From Eledone cirrhosa (taxonomy: Eukaryota), in contig OZ024743.1 of NCBI GenBank assembly GCA_964016885.1, forward strand, positions 307,644,001 through 307,708,000: a DNA stretch of 64,000 nt, in the 5' to 3' direction. How positions within the stretch are numbered: the first letter of the stretch is position 1; each line of letters opens with the position of its first letter. This document shows positions 49,701 to 61,700 of this stretch, piece after piece. A program made the position numbers and the translations under genes. The notes under the pieces are model-generated. The model did no database searches, was not told the origin of the DNA, and worked only from the letters and a program-made list of their open reading frames with translations.

Positions 49701-52700
49701 AGATAGGAGGTGAACATGCCTTGCTGGATGTGTAAACTTTGTGTCTGTAAAGGTTTGAAAGATAGGTGAACATGCCCTGCTGGATGTGTAAAGTTTGTGT
49801 CTGTAAAGGTTTGAAAGATAGGAGGTGAGCATGCCCTGCTGGATGTGTAAAGTGTGTGTCTGTAAAGGTTTGAAAGATAGGAGGTGAGCATGCCTTGCTG
49901 GATGTGTAAAGTTTGTGTCTGTAAAGGTTTGAAAGATAGGTGAGCATGCCTTGTTGGATGTGTAAACGTTGTGTCTGTAAAGGTTTGAAAGATAGGAGGT
50001 GAGCATGCCTTGCTGTATGTGTAAAGTTTGTGTCTGTAAAGGTTTGAAAGATAGGTGAGCATGCCCTGCTGGATGTGTAAAGTGTGTGTCTGTAAAGGTT
50101 TGAAAGATAGGTCAGCATGCCCTGCTGGATGTGTAAAGTTTGTGTCTGTAAAGGTTTGAAAGATAGGTGAGCATGCCTTGATGGATGTGTAAAGTTTGTG
50201 TCTGTAAAGGTTTGAAAGATAGGTGAGCATGCCTTGATGGATGTGTAAAGTTTGTGTCTGTAAAGGTTTGAAAGATAGGAGGTCAGCATGCCTTGCTGGA
50301 TGTGTAAAGTTTGTGTCTGTAAAGGTTTGAAAGATAGGTGAGCAAGCCTTGATGGATGTGTAAAGTTTGTGTCTGTAAAGGTTTGAAAGATAGGAGGTGA
50401 GCATGCCCTGCTGGATGTGTAAAGTTTGTGTCTGTAAAGGTTTGAAAGATAGGAGGTGAGCATGTCCTGCTGGATGTGTAAAGTTTGTGTCTGTAAAGGT
50501 TTGAAAGATAGGAGGTGAGCATGCCTAGATGGTTGTGTAAAGTTTGTGTCTGTAAAGGTTTGAAAGATAGGAGGTGAACATGCCTTGCTGGATGTGTAAA
50601 GTTTGTGTCTGTAAAGTTTTGAAAGATAGGAGGTGAGCATGCCTTGATGGATGTGTAAAGTTTGTGTCTGTAAAGGTTTGAAAGATAGGAGGCGAGTATG
50701 CCTTGCTGGATGTGTAAAGTTTGTGTCTGTAAAGGTTTGAAAGATAGGAGGTGAGCATGCCTTGCTGGATGTGTAAAGTTTGTGTCTGTAAAGGTTTGAA
50801 AGATAGGAGGTGAGCATGCCTTGATGGATGTGTAAAGTTTGTGTCTGTAAAGGTTTGAAAGATAGGAGGTGAGCATGCCTTGCTGGATGTGTAAAGTTTG
50901 TGTCTGTAAAGGTTTGAAAGATAGGAGGTGAGCATGCCTTGATGGATGTGTAAAGTTTGTGTCTGTAAAGGTTTGAAAGATAGGAGGTGAGCATGCCTTG
51001 CTGGATGTGTAAAGTTTGTGTCTGTAAAGGTTTGAAAGATAGGAGGTGAGCATGCCTTGCTGGATGCGTAAAGTTTGTGTCTGTAAAGGTTTGAAAGATA
51101 GGAGGTGAGCATGCCTTGCTGGATGTGTAAAGTTTGTGTCTGTAAAGGTTTGAAAGATATGAGGTGAGCATGCCCTGCTGGATGTGTAAAGTTTGTGTCT
51201 GTAAAGGTTTGAAAGATAGGAGGTGAGCATGCCTTGCTAGATGTGTAAAGTTTGTGTCTGTAAAGGTTTGAAAGATAGGAGGTGAACATGCCTTGCTGGG
51301 TGTGTAAACTTTGTGTCTGTAAAGGTTTGAAAGATAGGAGGTGAGCATGCCCTGCTGGATGTGTAAAGTTTGTGTCTGTAAAGGTTTGAAAGATAGGAGG
51401 TGAACATGCCCTGCTGGATGTGTAAAGTTTGTGTCTGTAAAGGTTTGAAAGATAGGAGGTGAGCATGCCCTGCTGGAAGTGTAAAGTGTGTGTCTGTAAA
51501 GGTTTGAAAGATAGGAGGTGAGCATGCCTTGCTGGATGTGTAAAGTTTGTCTGTAAAGGTTTGAAAGATAGGTGAGCATGCCTTGATGGATATGTAAAGT
51601 TTGTGTCTGTAAAGGTTTGAAAGATAGGTGAGCATGCCTTGATGGATGTGTAAAGTTTGTGTCTGTAAAGGTTTGAAAGATAGGAGGTGAGTATGCCCTG
51701 CTGGATGTGTAAAGTTTGTGTCTGTAAAGTTTTGAAAGATAGGTGAGCATGCCTTGATGGATGTGTAAAGTTTGTGTCTGTAAAGGTTTGAAAGATAGGT
51801 GAGCATGCCTTGATGGATGTGTAAAGTTTGTGTCTGTAAAGGTTTGAAAGATAGGAGGTCAGCATGCCTTGCTGGATGTGTAAAGTTTGTGTCTGTAAAG
51901 GTTTGAAAGATAGGAGGTGAGCATGCCCTGCTGGATGTGTAAAGTTTGTGTCTGTAAAGGTTTGAAAGATAGGTGAGCATGCCTTGATGGATGTGTAAAG
52001 TTTGTGTCTGTAAAGGTTTGAAAGATAGGTGAGCATGCCTTGATGGATGTGTAAAGTTTGTGTCTGTAAAGGTTTGAAAGATAGGAGGTCAGCATGCCTT
52101 GCTGGATGTGTAAAGTTTGTGTCTGTAAAGGTTTGAAAGATAGGAGGTCAGCATGCCTTGCTGGATGTGTAAAGTTTGTGTCTGTAAAGGTTTGAAAGAT
52201 AGGAGGTGAGCATGCCCTGCTGGATGTGTAAAGTTTGTGTCTGTAAAGGTTTGAAAGATAGGTGAGCATGCCTTGCTTCATGTGTAAAGTTTGTCTGTAA
52301 AGGTTTGAAAGATAGGTGAGCATGCCTTGATGGATGTGTAAAGTTTGTGTCTGTAAAGGTTTGAAAGATAGGTGAGCATGCCTTGATGGATGTGTAAAGT
52401 TTGTGTCTGTAAAGGTTTGAAAGATAGGAGGTCAGCATGCCTTGCTGGATGTGTAAAGTTTGTGTCTGTAAAGGTTTGAAAGATAGGAGGTGAGCATGCC
52501 CTGCTGGATGTGTAAAGTTTGTGTCTGTAAAGGTTTGAAAGATAGGTGAGCATGCCTTGCTTCATGTGTAAAGTTTGTCTGTAAAGGTTTGAAAGATAGG
52601 TGAGCATGCCTTGATGGATATGTAAAGTTTGTGTCTGTAAAGGTTTGAAAGATAGGTGAGCATGCCTTGATGGATGTGTAAAGTTTGTGTCTGTAAAGGT

Positions 52701-55700
52701 TTGAAAGATAGGAGGTGAGTATGCCCTGCTGGATGTGTAAAGTTTGTGTCTGTAAAGTTTTGAAAGATAGGTGAGCATGCCTTGATGGATGTGTAAAGTT
52801 TGTGTCTGTAAAGGTTTGAAAGATAGGTGAGCATGCCTTGATGGATGTGTAAAGTTTGTGTCTGTAAAGGTTTGAAAGATAGGAGGTCAGCATGCCTTGC
52901 TGGATGTGTAAAGTTTGTGTCTGTAAAGGTTTGAAAGATAGGAGGTGAGCATGCCCTGCTGGATGTGTAAAGTTTGTGTCTGTAAAGGTTTGAAAGATAG
53001 GTGAGCATGCCTTGATGGATGTGTAAAGTTTGTGTCTGTAAAGGTTTGAAAGATAGGTGAGCATGCCTTGATGGATGTGTAAAGTTTGTGTCTGTAAAGG
53101 TTTGAAAGATAGGAGGTGAGCATGCCTTGCTGGATGTGTAAAGTTTGTGTCTGTAAAGGTTTGAAAGATAGGTGAGCAAGCCTTGATGGATGTGTAAAGT
53201 CTGTGTCTGTAAAGGTTTGAAAGATAGGAGGTGAGCATGCCTTGCTAGATGTGTAAAGTTTGTGTCTGTAAAGGTTTGAAAGATAGGAGGTGAGTATGCC
53301 CTGCTGGATGTGTAAAGTTTGTGTCTGTAAAGGTTTGAAAGATAGGAGGTGAGCTTGCCTTGCTAGATGTGTAAAGTTTGTGTCTGTAAAGGTTTGAAAG
53401 ATAGGAGGTGAACATGCCTTGCTGGATGTGTAAACGTTGTGTCTGTAAAGGTTTGAAAGATAGGAGGTGAGCATGCCCTGCTGGATGTGTAAAGTTTGTG
53501 TCTGTAAAGGTTTGAAAGATAGGAGGTGAGCATGCCCTGCTGGATGTGTAAAGTGTGTGTCTGTAAAGGTTTGAAAGATAGGTGAGCATGCCTTGCTTCA
53601 TGTGTAAAGTTTGTCTGTAAAGGTTTGAAAGATAGGTGAGCATGCCTTGATGGATGTGTAAAGTTTGTGTCTGTAAAGGTTTGAAAGATAGGTGAGCATG
53701 CCTTGATGGATGTGTAAAGTTTGTGTCTGTAAAGGTTTGAAAGATAGGAGGTGAGTATGCCCTGCTGGATGTGTAAAGTTTGTGTCTGTAAAGGTTTGAA
53801 AGATAGGTGAGCATGCCTTGATGGATGTGTAAAGTTTGTGTCTGTAAAGGTTTGAAAGATAGGTGAGCATGCCTTGATGGATGTGTAAAGTTTGTGTCTG
53901 TAAAGGTTTGAAAGATAGGTGAGCAAGCCTTGATGGATGTGTAAAGTTTGTGTCTGTAAAGGTTTGAAAGATAGGTGAGCATGCCTTGATGGATGTGTAA
54001 AGTTTGTGTCTGTAAAGGTTTGAAAGATAGGAGGTGAGCATGCCCTGCTGGATGTGTAAAGTTTGTGTCTGTAAAGGTTTGAAAGGTAGGTGAGCATGCC
54101 TTGATGGATGTGTAAAGTTTGTGTCTGTAAAGGTTTGAAAGATATGAGGTGAGCATGCCCTGCTGGATGTGTAAAGTTTGTGTCTGTAAAGGTTTGAAAG
54201 ATAGGTGAGCATGCCTTGCTTCATGTGTAAAGTTTGTGTCTGTAAAGGTTTGAAAGATAGGAGGTGAGCATGCCCTGCTGGATGTGTAAAGTTTGCGTCT
54301 GTAAAGGTTTGAAAGATAGGAGGTGAGCATGCCTTGCTAGATGTGTAAAGTTTGTGTCTGTAAAGGTTTGAAAGATAGGAGGTGAACATGCCTTGCTGGA
54401 TGTGTAAACTTTGTGTCTGTAAAGGTTTGAAAGATAGGTGAGCAAGCCTTGATGGATGTGTAAAGTTTGTGTCTGTAAAGGTTTGAAAGATAGGTGAGCA
54501 AGCCTTGATGGATGTGTAAAGTTTGTGTCTGTAAAGGTTTGAAAGATAGGTGAGCATGCCTTGATGGATGTGTAAAGTTTGTGTCTGTAAAGGTTTGAAA
54601 GATAGGAGGTGAACATGCCTTGCTGGGTGTGTAAACTTTGTGTCTGTAAAGGTTTGAAAGATAGGAGGTGAGCATGCCCTGCTGGATGTGTAAAGTTTGT
54701 GTCTGTAAAGGTTTGAAAGATAGGAGGTGAACATGCCCTGCTGGATGTGTAAAGTTTGTGTCTGTAAAGGTTTGAAAGATAGGAGGTGAGCATGCCCTGC
54801 TGGAAGTGTAAAGTGTGTGTCTGTAAAGGTTTGAAAGATAGGAGGTGAGCATGCCTTGCTGGATGTGTAAAGTTTGTCTGTAAAGGTTTGAAAGATAGGT
54901 GAGCATGCCTTGATGGATATGTAAAGTTTGTGACTGTAAAGGTTTGAAAGATAGGTGAGCATGCCTTGATGGATGTGTAAAGTTTGTGTCTGTAAAGGTT
55001 TGAAAGATAGGAGGTGAGTATGCCCTGCTGGATGTGTAAAGTTTGTGTCTGTAAAGTTTTGAAAGATAGGTGAGCATGCCTTGATGGATGTGTAAAGTTT
55101 GTGTCTGTAAAGGTTTGAAAGATAGGTGAGCATGCCTTGATGGATGTGTAAAGTTTGTGTCTGTAAAGGTTTGAAAGATAGGAGGTCAGCATGCCTTGCT
55201 GGATGTGTAAAGTTTGTGTCTGTAAAGGTTTGAAAGATAGGAGGTGAGCATGCCCTGCTGGATGTGTAAAGTTTGTGTCTGTAAAGGTTTGAAAGATAGG
55301 TGAGCATGCCTTGATGGATGTGTAAAGTTTGTGTCTGTAAAGGTTTGAAAGATAGGTGAGCATGCCTTGATGGATGTGTAAAGTTTGTGTCTGTAAAGGT
55401 TTGAAAGATAGGAGGTCAGCATGCCTTGCTGGATGTGTAAAGTTTGTGTCTGTAAAGGTTTGAAAGATAGGAGGTCAGCATGCCTTGCTGGATGTGTAAA
55501 GTTTGTGTCTGTAAAGGTTTGAAAGATAGGAGGTGAGCATGCCCTGCTGGATGTGTAAAGTTTGTGTCTGTAAAGGTTTGAAAGATAGGTGAGCATGCCT
55601 TGCTTCATGTGTAAAGTTTGTCTGTAAAGGTTTGAAAGATAGGTGAGCATGCCTTGATGGATGTGTAAAGTTTGTGTCTGTAAAGGTTTGAAAGATAGGT

Positions 55701-58700
55701 GAGCATGCCTTGATGGATGTGTAAAGTTTGTGTCTGTAAAGGTTTGAAAGATAGGAGGTCAGCATGCCTTGCTGGATGTGTAAAGTTTGTGTCTGTAAAG
55801 GTTTGAAAGATAGGAGGTGAGCATGCCCTGCTGGATGTGTAAAGTTTGTGTCTGTAAAGGTTTGAAAGATAGGTGAGCATGCCTTGCTTCATGTGTAAAG
55901 TTTGTCTGTAAAGGTTTGAAAGATAGGTGAGCATGCCTTGATGGATATGTAAAGTTTGTGTCTGTAAAGGTTTGAAAGATAGGTGAGCATGCCTTGATGG
56001 ATGTGTAAAGTTTGTGTCTGTAAAGGTTTGAAAGATAGGAGGTGAGTATGCCCTGCTGGATGTGTAAAGTTTGTGTCTGTAAAGTTTTGAAAGATAGGTG
56101 AGCATGCCTTGATGGATGTGTAAAGTTTGTGTCTGTAAAGGTTTGAAAGATAGGTGAGCATGCCTTGATGGATGTGTAAAGTTTGTGTCTGTAAAGGTTT
56201 GAAAGATAGGAGGTCAGCATGCCTTGCTGGATGTGTAAAGTTTGTGTCTGTAAAGGTTTGAAAGATAGGAGGTGAGCATGCCCTGCTGGATGTGTAAAGT
56301 TTGTGTCTGTAAAGGTTTGAAAGATAGGTGAGCATGCCTTGATGGATGTGTAAAGTTTGTGTCTGTAAAGGTTTGAAAGATAGGTGAGCATGCCTTGATG
56401 GATGTGTAAAGTTTGTGTCTGTAAAGGTTTGAAAGATAGGAGGTGAGCATGCCTTGCTGGATGTGTAAAGTTTGTGTCTGTAAAGGTTTGAAAGATAGGT
56501 GAGCAAGCCTTGATGGATGTGTAAAGTCTGTGTCTGTAAAGGTTTGAAAGATAGGAGGTGAGCATGCCTTGCTAGATGTGTAAAGTTTGTGTCTGTAAAG
56601 GTTTGAAAGATAGGAGGTGAGTATGCCCTGCTGGATGTGTAAAGTTTGTGTCTGTAAAGGTTTGAAAGATAGGAGGTGAGCTTGCCTTGCTAGATGTGTA
56701 AAGTTTGTGTCTGTAAAGGTTTGAAAGATAGGAGGTGAACATGCCTTGCTGGATGTGTAAACGTTGTGTCTGTAAAGGTTTGAAAGATAGGAGGTGAGCA
56801 TGCCCTGCTGGATGTGTAAAGTTTGTGTCTGTAAAGGTTTGAAAGATAGGAGGTGAGCATGCCCTGCTGGATGTGTAAAGTGTGTGTCTGTAAAGGTTTG
56901 AAAGATAGGTGAGCATGCCTTGCTTCATGTGTAAAGTTTGTCTGTAAAGGTTTGAAAGATAGGTGAGCATGCCTTGATGGATGTGTAAAGTTTGTGTCTG
57001 TAAAGGTTTGAAAGATAGGTGAGCATGCCTTGATGGATGTGTAAAGTTTGTGTCTGTAAAGGTTTGAAAGATAGGAGGTGAGTATGCCCTGCTGGATGTG
57101 TAAAGTTTGTGTCTGTAAAGGTTTGAAAGATAGGTGAGCATGCCTTGATGGATGTGTAAAGTTTGTGTCTGTAAAGGTTTGAAAGATAGGTGAGCATGCC
57201 TTGATGGATGTGTAAAGTTTGTGTCTGTAAAGGTTTGAAAGATAGGTGAGCAAGCCTTGATGGATGTGTAAAGTTTGTGTCTGTAAAGGTTTGAAAGATA
57301 GGTGAGCATGCCTTGATGGATGTGTAAAGTTTGTGTCTGTAAAGGTTTGAAAGATAGGAGGTGAGCATGCCCTGCTGGATGTGTAAAGTTTGTGTCTGTA
57401 AAGGTTTGAAAGGTAGGTGAGCATGCCTTGATGGATGTGTAAAGTTTGTGTCTGTAAAGGTTTGAAAGATATGAGGTGAGCATGCCCTGCTGGATGTGTA
57501 AAGTTTGTGTCTGTAAAGGTTTGAAAGATAGGTGAGCATGCCTTGCTTCATGTGTAAAGTTTGTGTCTGTAAAGGTTTGAAAGATAGGAGGTGAGCATGC
57601 CCTGCTGGATGTGTAAAGTTTGCGTCTGTAAAGGTTTGAAAGATAGGAGGTGAGCATGCCTTGCTAGATGTGTAAAGTTTGTGTCTGTAAAGGTTTGAAA
57701 GATAGGAGGTGAACATGCCTTGCTGGATGTGTAAACTTTGTGTCTGTAAAGGTTTGAAAGATAGGAGGTGAGCATGCCCTGCTGGATGTGTAAAGTTTGT
57801 GTCTGTAAAGGTTTGAAAGATAGGAGGTGAGCATGCCCTGCTGGATGTGTAAAGTTTGTGTCTGTAAATGTTTGAAAGATAGGTGAGCATGCCTTGCTTC
57901 ATGTGTAAAGTTTGTGTCTGTAAAGGTTTGAAAGGTAGGAGGTGAGCATGCCCTGCTGGATGTGTAAAGTTTGTGTCTCTAAAGGTTTGAAAGATAGGTG
58001 AGCATGCCTTGATGGATGTGTAAAGTTTGTGTCTGTAAAGGTTTGAAAGATAGGTGAGCATGCCTTGATGGATGTGTAAAGTTTGTGTCTGTAAAGGTTT
58101 GAAAGATAGGAGGTGAGTATGCCCTGCTGGATGTGTAAAGTTTGTGTCTGTAAAGGTTTGAAAGATAGGAGGTGAGCATGCCCTGCTGGATGTGTAAAGT
58201 TTGTGTCTGTAAAGGTTTGAAAGATAGGAGGTGAGCATGCCCTGCTGGATGTATAAAGTTTGTGTCTGTAAATGTTTGAAAGATAGGTGAGCATGCCTTG
58301 CTTCATGTGTAAAGTTTGTGTCTGTAAAGGTTTGAAAGATAGGAGGTGAGCGTGCCTTGCTGGATGTGTAAAGTTTGTGTCTGTAAAGGTTTGAAAGACA
58401 GGAGGTGAGCATGCCTTGCTGGATGTGTAAAGTTTGTGTCTGTAAAGGTTTGAAAGATAGGAGGTGAGCATGCCCTGCTGGATGTGTAAAGTTTGTGTCT
58501 GTAAAGGTTTGAAAGACAGGAGGTGAGCATGCCTTGCTGGATGTGTAAAGTTTGTGTCTGTAAAGGTTTGAAAGACAGGAGGTGAGCATGCCTTGCTGGA
58601 CGTGTAAAGTTTGTGTCTGTAAAGGTTTGAAAGATAGGAGGTGAGCATGCCTTGCTAGATGTGTAAAGTTTGTGTCTGTAAAGGTTTGAAAGATAGGTGA

Positions 58701-61700
58701 GCATGCCTTGATGGATGTGTAAAGTTTGTGTCTGTAAAGGTTTGAAAGATAGGAGGTGAGTATGCCCTGCTGGATGTGTAAAGTTTGTGTCTGTAAAGGT
58801 TTGAAAGATAGGAGGTGAGCATGCCTTGCTAGATGTGTAAAGTTTGTGTCTGTAAAGGTTTGAAAGATAGGAGGTGAACAAGCCTTGCTGGATGTGTAAA
58901 CTTTGTGTCTGTAAAGGTTTGAAAGATAGGAGGTGAGCATGCCCTGCTGGATGTGTAAAGTTTGTGTCTGTAAAGGTTTGAAAGATAGGAGGTGAACATG
59001 CCCTGCTGGATGTGTAAAATTTGTGTCTGTAAAGGTTTGAAAGATAGGTGAGCATGCCTTGCTTCATGTGTAAAGTTTGTCTGTAAAGGTTTGAAAGATA
59101 GGTGAGCATGCCTTGCTTCATGTGTAAAGTTTGTCTGTAAAGGTTTGAAAGATAGGTGAGCATGCCTTGATGGATATGTAAAGTTTGTGTCTGTAAAGGT
59201 TTGAAAGATAGGTGAGCATGCCTTGATGGATGTGTAAAGTTTGTGTCTGTAAAGGTTTGAAAGATAGGAGGTGAACATGCCCTGCTGGATGTGTAAAGTT
59301 TGTGTCTGTAAAGGTTTGAAAGATAGGTGAGCATGCCTTGCTTCATGTGTAAAGTTTGTCTGTAAAGGTTTGAAAGATAGGTGAGCATGCCTTGCTTCAT
59401 GTGTAAAGTTTGTCTGTAAAGGTTTGAAAGATAGGTGAGCATGCCTTGATGGATGTGTAAAGTTTGTGTCTGTAAAGTTTTGAAAGATAGGTGAGCATGC
59501 CTTGATGGATGTGTAAAGTTTGTGTCTGTAAAGGTTTGAAAGATAGGTGAGCATGCCTTGATGGATGTGTAAAGTTTGTGTCTGTAAAGGTTTGAAAGAT
59601 AGGAGGTCAGCATGCCTTGCTGGATGTGTAAAGTTTGTGTCTGTAAAGGTTTGAAAGATAGGAGGTGAGCATGCCCTGCTGGATGTGTAAAGTTTGTGTC
59701 TGTAAAGGTTTGAAAGATAGGTGAGCATGCCTTGATGGATGTGTAAAGTTTGTGTCTGTAAAGGTTTGAAAGATAGGAGGTGAGCATGCCTTGCTGGATG
59801 TGTAAAGTTTGTGTCTGTAAAGGTTTGAAAGATAGGTGAGCAAGCCTTGATGGATGTGTAAAGTCTGTGTCTGTAAAGGTTTGAAAGATAGGAGGTGAGC
59901 ATGCCTTGCTAGATGTGTAAAGTTTGTGTCTGTAAAGGTTTGAAAGATAGGAGGTGAGTATGCCCTGCTGGATGTGTAAAGTTTGTGTCTGTAAAGGTTT
60001 GAAAGATAGGAGGTGAGCTTGCCTTGCTAGATGTGTAAAGTTTGTGTCTGTAAAGGTTTGAAAGATAGGAGGTGAACATGCCTTGCTGGATGTGTAAACG
60101 TTGTGTCTGTAAAGGTTTGAAAGATAGGAGGTGAGCATGCCCTGCTGGATGTGTAAAGTTTGTGTCTGTAAAGGTTTGAAAGATAGGAGGTGAGCATGCC
60201 CTGCTGGATGTGTAAAGTGTGTGTCTGTAAAGGTTTGAAAGATAGGTGAGCATGCCTTGCTTCATGTGTAAAGTTTGTCTGTAAAGGTTTGAAAGATAGG
60301 TGAGCATGCCTTGATGGATGTGTAAAGTTTGTGTCTGTAAAGGTTTGAAAGATAGGTGAGCATGCCTTGATGGATGTGTAAAGTTTGTGTCTGTAAAGGT
60401 TTGAAAGATAGGTGAGTATGCCCTGCTGGATGTGTAAAGTTTGTGTCTGTAAAGGTTTGAAAGATAGGTGAGCATGCCTTGATGGATGTGTAAAGTTTGT
60501 GTCTGTAAAGGTTTGAAAGATAGGTGAGCATGCCTTGATGGATGTGTAAAGTTTGTGTCTGTAAAGGTTTGAAAGATAGGTGAGCAAGCCTTGATGGATG
60601 TGTAAAGTTTGTGTCTGTAAAGGTTTGAAAGATAGGTGAGCATGCCTTGATGGATGTGTAAAGTTTGTGTCTGTAAAGGTTTGAAAGATAGGAGGTGAGC
60701 ATGCCCTGCTGGATGTGTAAAGTTTGTGTCTGTAAAGGTTTGAAAGGTAGGTGAGCATGCCTTGATGGATGTGTAAAGTTTGTGTTTGTAAAGGTTTGAA
60801 AGATATGAGGTGAGCATGCCCTGCTGGATGTGTAAAGTTTGTGTCTGTAAAGGTTTGAAAGATAGGTGAGGATGCCTTGCTTCATGTGTAAAGTTTGTGT
60901 CTGTAAAGGTTTGAAAGATAGGAGGTGAGCATGCCCTGCTGGATGTGTAAAGTTTGTGTCTGTAAAGGTTTGAAAGATAGGAGGTGAGCATGCCTTGCTA
61001 GATGTGTAAAGTTTGTGTCTGTAAAGGTTTGAAAGATAGGAGGTGAACATGCCTTGCTGGATGTGTAAACTTTGTGTCTGTAAAGGTTTGAAAGATAGGT
61101 GAACATGCCCTGCTGGATGTGTAAAGTTTGTGTCTGTAAAGGTTTGAAAGATAGGAGGTGAGCATGCCCTGCTGGATGTGTAAAGTGTGTGTCTGTAAAG
61201 GTTTGAAAGATAGGAGGTGAGCATGCCTTGCTGGATGTGTAAAGTTTGTGTCTGTAAAGGTTTGAAAGATAGGTGAGCATGCCTTGTTGGATGTGTAAAC
61301 GTTGTGTCTGTAAAGGTTTGAAAGATAGGAGGTGAGCATGCCTTGCTGTATGTGTAAAGTTTGTGTCTGTAAAGGTTTGAAAGATAGGTGAGCATGCCCT
61401 GCTGGATGTGTAAAGTGTGTGTCTGTAAAGGTTTGAAAGATAGGTCAGCATGCCCTGCTGGATGTGTAAAGTTTGTGTCTGTAAAGGTTTGAAAGATAGG
61501 TGAGCATGCCTTGATGGATGTGTAAAGTTTGTGTCTGTAAAGGTTTGAAAGATAGGTGAGCATGCCTTGATGGATGTGTAAAGTTTGTGTCTGTAAAGGT
61601 TTGAAAGATAGGAGGTCAGCATGCCTTGCTGGATGTGTAAAGTTTGTGTCTGTAAAGGTTTGAAAGATAGGTGAGCAAGCCTTGATGGATGTGTAAAGTT